Shown one piece after another: positions 61,301-64,000 of a stretch of 64,000 nucleotides of DNA; within the stretch, counting starts at the first letter, position 1, and every line of letters starts with the position of its first letter. The stretch lies in the NCBI RefSeq assembly GCF_036321535.1, contig NC_087439.1:81902001-81966000 (forward strand), given 5' to 3'. Below the pieces are notes generated by a model, which was not told the origin of the DNA, searched no databases, and was given only the letters and a program-made list of their open reading frames with translations. The position numbers were made by a program, and so were the translations under genes. This stretch comes from Camelus dromedarius. Its lineage: Eukaryota.

Positions 61301-63783
61301 GCAGTCCAGTCACATCTTCATTGAGGGAAACCTGGTCTAGCTTTTCCTCAGCTAAATTTGAAAAACATCTTTTGTTTTATGGCAGGAGAAGACCCCCGGG
61401 AAACAGTCAGGTTGGAGTCACCTCAGACACACTGGCAGACAGTGAGAGAAATGAAGGCTATCAAGGAAGAGAGAAAGGTCCCCAGTGATGAAAATCCTGC
61501 ACTCGGCCAGAATGAGGAAGCTCCCGAACACGGTTCGAGCACCATCTGGCAATTGTCACATCTCTCTGGGGGTCTGTCCTAGAAATGCAGTGGCAAATCC
61601 CCTACCTACTCTCATCACTTACCCATCTCCCTATTTATAGATGTGCCTTTACATATCACACACATAACACATAGATCTGTCTATAATGAGGTATGTGGTA
61701 GCAATCACTGAGGCATCTTTAGTGACTTCTCCAGATCTCGTTAACTGTTTTGTTCACTGATGTATCCCTAGTATTTACAGAATCTTAGTATGAAATCAGT
61801 GCTTGAATATGTGTTGTGTATATAATTTACTTGTTTTATTGGATGCTCTGGTTTTGGGCTAAGGGCTGCCTCCCTGGCTGCAGACTGTTGGCTTGCATGG
61901 CTGTCACTGCTCCATGCTTTCCTCTGTTGTGTATCACCCTAAGGCTGTCATGGTAATGTCCAGGGACTCTTGTCCCTTCATAGCTTTTTCTGGGCCTGTC
62001 CTTGTCTGGGCTGAGCACCTCATTTCTGCATATGATACTAATGGCTCCAGTTCTTGATGTGTCCCTTTATCTTGGGTGACAAAATACAAACAGTTTTATT
62101 TCAAGATGATCTGGATCATGTACATTCTTATACATCTGTGGCAGCCCACACCCTTCCACCCTTTCCTTATTCTTTAAATGGATCTAACATATCAAATTTT
62201 CCCCTAGGTTCAGAGTCAGAGGGAGAGGATGGCTCCCAGGTGGAGCTAGAGCTAGCAGAATTGACACTGGGGACCCTGGATCTTCGTGAGTTTGAGATAT
62301 TGCCCAAGCGGAGAAGGAGAAAAAGGAATAAGGAGAAAAACCGAGACCTGGAGGCTGGGGCACACGTGCCTCTTCCCCAGCAACCTCAAGATGATGAGGC
62401 CAAGTCCCCCGCTCAGCCAGAGCTCTGGGACGTGCTTCTAGTTGCTTGCCGAGCAGGAGATATGGGAATGCTGAAGCTCCAGCTAGCTGCCAGCCCCGTG
62501 GACCCTGGGGTTCTGTCTCTGCTCAGTGCCCCTTTGGGCTCTGGTGGCTTTACCCTCTTGCACGCAGCAGCCGCAGCTGGGAGAGGCTCAGTGGTTCGCC
62601 TGCTGCTGGAGGCAGGTGCGGACCCCACTGTGCAGTAAGTAAGGGTCCTCATGCTGATCCCTTTTGGGGTATGTAGAGGATGAGCTAGAGGCTAACTTTG
62701 GCATGGGTTACATTGACAGTATTCCCCTCGGTCAGTCTGGGTAATGTTGGGAGATGAAGGAGGCAAACTGAACCCATTTTTGGGGTTTTCGCACCTAGGG
62801 ACTCCCGGGCCCGGCCTCCATATACAGTTGCAGCTGATAAATCAACACGAAATGAGTTCCGGAGGTTCATGGAGAAGAATCCAGATGCTTATGATTATAG
62901 CAAGGCTCAGGTCAGCTGGAAGAGGAAGGAGCAGAGTGGGAAGGCATCAGAGACCTTGGCTAGCTCCCTTCTACTTTCTTACAGTTCTACCAAGGAGCAT
63001 TTGTATAGGTCTCACCTTACACCTTCCGGAAATCCTCCAGGTGCCAGGGCCACTGACAGCAGAAATGGAGGCACGGCACGCTGCCCGGAAAAGGGAGCAG
63101 AAGGCAGCTCGGCGGCACCAGGAGGAACAGCAGCGGAAGCAACAGGAGCAGGAGAAGCGGGAGCAAGAAGAGCAGCGGCGGTTTGCTGCCCTCAGCGACC
63201 GTGAGAAGGTGAGGCTGGAGGTTCTTTCTTCCACAGCAAGACTTCCTTGGAAGACTAATCCCTTCCTCAGTGTGCAGCTGTCACCTCGTGGGTACCCTCT
63301 CCAGCACTGGGGCCTTGTCCTTAATACAGCTTCTCTTCCCCTCAGAGAGCTCTGGCTGCAGAACGCCGACTAGCTGCCCAGTTGGGAGCCCCTACCCCTC
63401 AGATTCCTGAGCCTGCGATCATCAATGTTCAGTATGTAGAGGAGGGCGGGTGGGGATGGGTGGACTATGATATAGCAGGGACCATTCTGGACAAGCAGAA
63501 TGAGTGCCTGCTCAGTGTTCAGAAAGGCTGTTGAGGGGATTTGAGAAGTTCTGGGAACCTTTGAAGTAAAAACAGAAGTGGCAGGAGGAAAGATGGAGAA
63601 AGCATAGATTGGAAGGTTTCTGGGATACCTGCCCAGCCATTTTTCTTTCTCTTGTTCAGACGCTGCTGGAGTTGTGGGACATCCCTCCAAGGCCTCATTC
63701 CCTTTCACTACCTTGACTTCTCGTTCTGCTCCACACGCTGCCTCCGGGATCATCGCTGTCAGGCTGGAAAGCCCTCTTCCTGA
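58166..63783 (+). CDS. ANKZF1: Ankyrin repeat and zinc finger peptidyl-tRNA hydrolase 1 (Vms1 homolog), 13 coding exons, ~701 aa
   Basis: Exons: 58166-58313, 59185-59297, 59518-59620, 59744-59937 (GC donor), 60338-60444, 60538-60685, 60970-61198, 61386-61532, 62208-62634, 62799-62910, 63041-63208, 63346-63431, 63660-63783 (TGA). Domains: C2H2 finger CSTCDQTF...[12 protein letters not shown]1 motif [15 protein letters not shown], ankyrin [10 protein letters not shown], coiled coil, and C-terminal CWSC...CSTRC. Confidence 0.96.
60070..60280 (+). mobile_element. MIR SINE
   Basis: Contains ttggaagcagactgatctaggtttgaactgtggttctaccact...cttgtaaaactgag...gtgaagcatttagcac. Confidence 0.6.
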
Positions 63784-63970
63784 TCTCTTATAGCTCCACG
63801 TGGGGCCAACTCTAGGCCAAGAGGGCACATTCACACTGGCCCTAGGTTTCTTCTTCCCCATGAAACCAGAGAATATTTAGAAGATTAGGGTGAAGGCCAG
63901 TTAGGAACCAGGGCAAAGTCAGGGCCACAGAAGTATGTGGGGCTGGTGCTGTCTCTGGAACTTTAATCAC

Positions 63971-63976
63971 AATAAA
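63971..63976 (+). terminator. ANKZF1: ANKZF1 poly(A) signal
   Basis: AATAAA ~190 nt after the stop codon. Confidence 0.75.
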
Positions 63977-64000
63977 GTTTGGCAAGGAAACTGCACTTGT

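Overview
Mammalian gene-dense genomic DNA, probably camelid (tRNA-derived SINEs of the Vic-1 type). The gene order matches human 2q35: NHEJ1(-, 5' end only), SLC23A3(-), CNPPD1(-), RETREG2/FAM134A(+), a ~14 kb repeat-rich intergenic block, ZFAND2B(+), ABCB6(-), ATG9A(-), ANKZF1(+). I traced exons by hand from splice sites and frame. All seven complete genes give intact spliced ORFs if one exon each of SLC23A3, CNPPD1, RETREG2 and ATG9A lies in the four N gaps. I found no new protein-coding system, RNA gene or CRISPR array. The best leads are regulatory: (1) an ATG9A 5'UTR exon where a hairpin and two donors 7 nt apart would switch a strong uORF between overlapping and short forms; (2) an AT-rich, 3'UTR-like orphan segment between CNPPD1 and SLC23A3 with PUM and miR-200 sites; (3) a ~300-codon alternative frame in the ATG9A last exon, reachable by skipping one exon; (4) an AT-AC U12 intron in ATG9A; (5) paired CLEAR boxes upstream of RETREG2; (6) an apparent frameshifted SLC23A3 C-terminus. 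Comparisons to human proteins and repeat-family names are from memory, not from database searches. Repeat boundaries are approximate.
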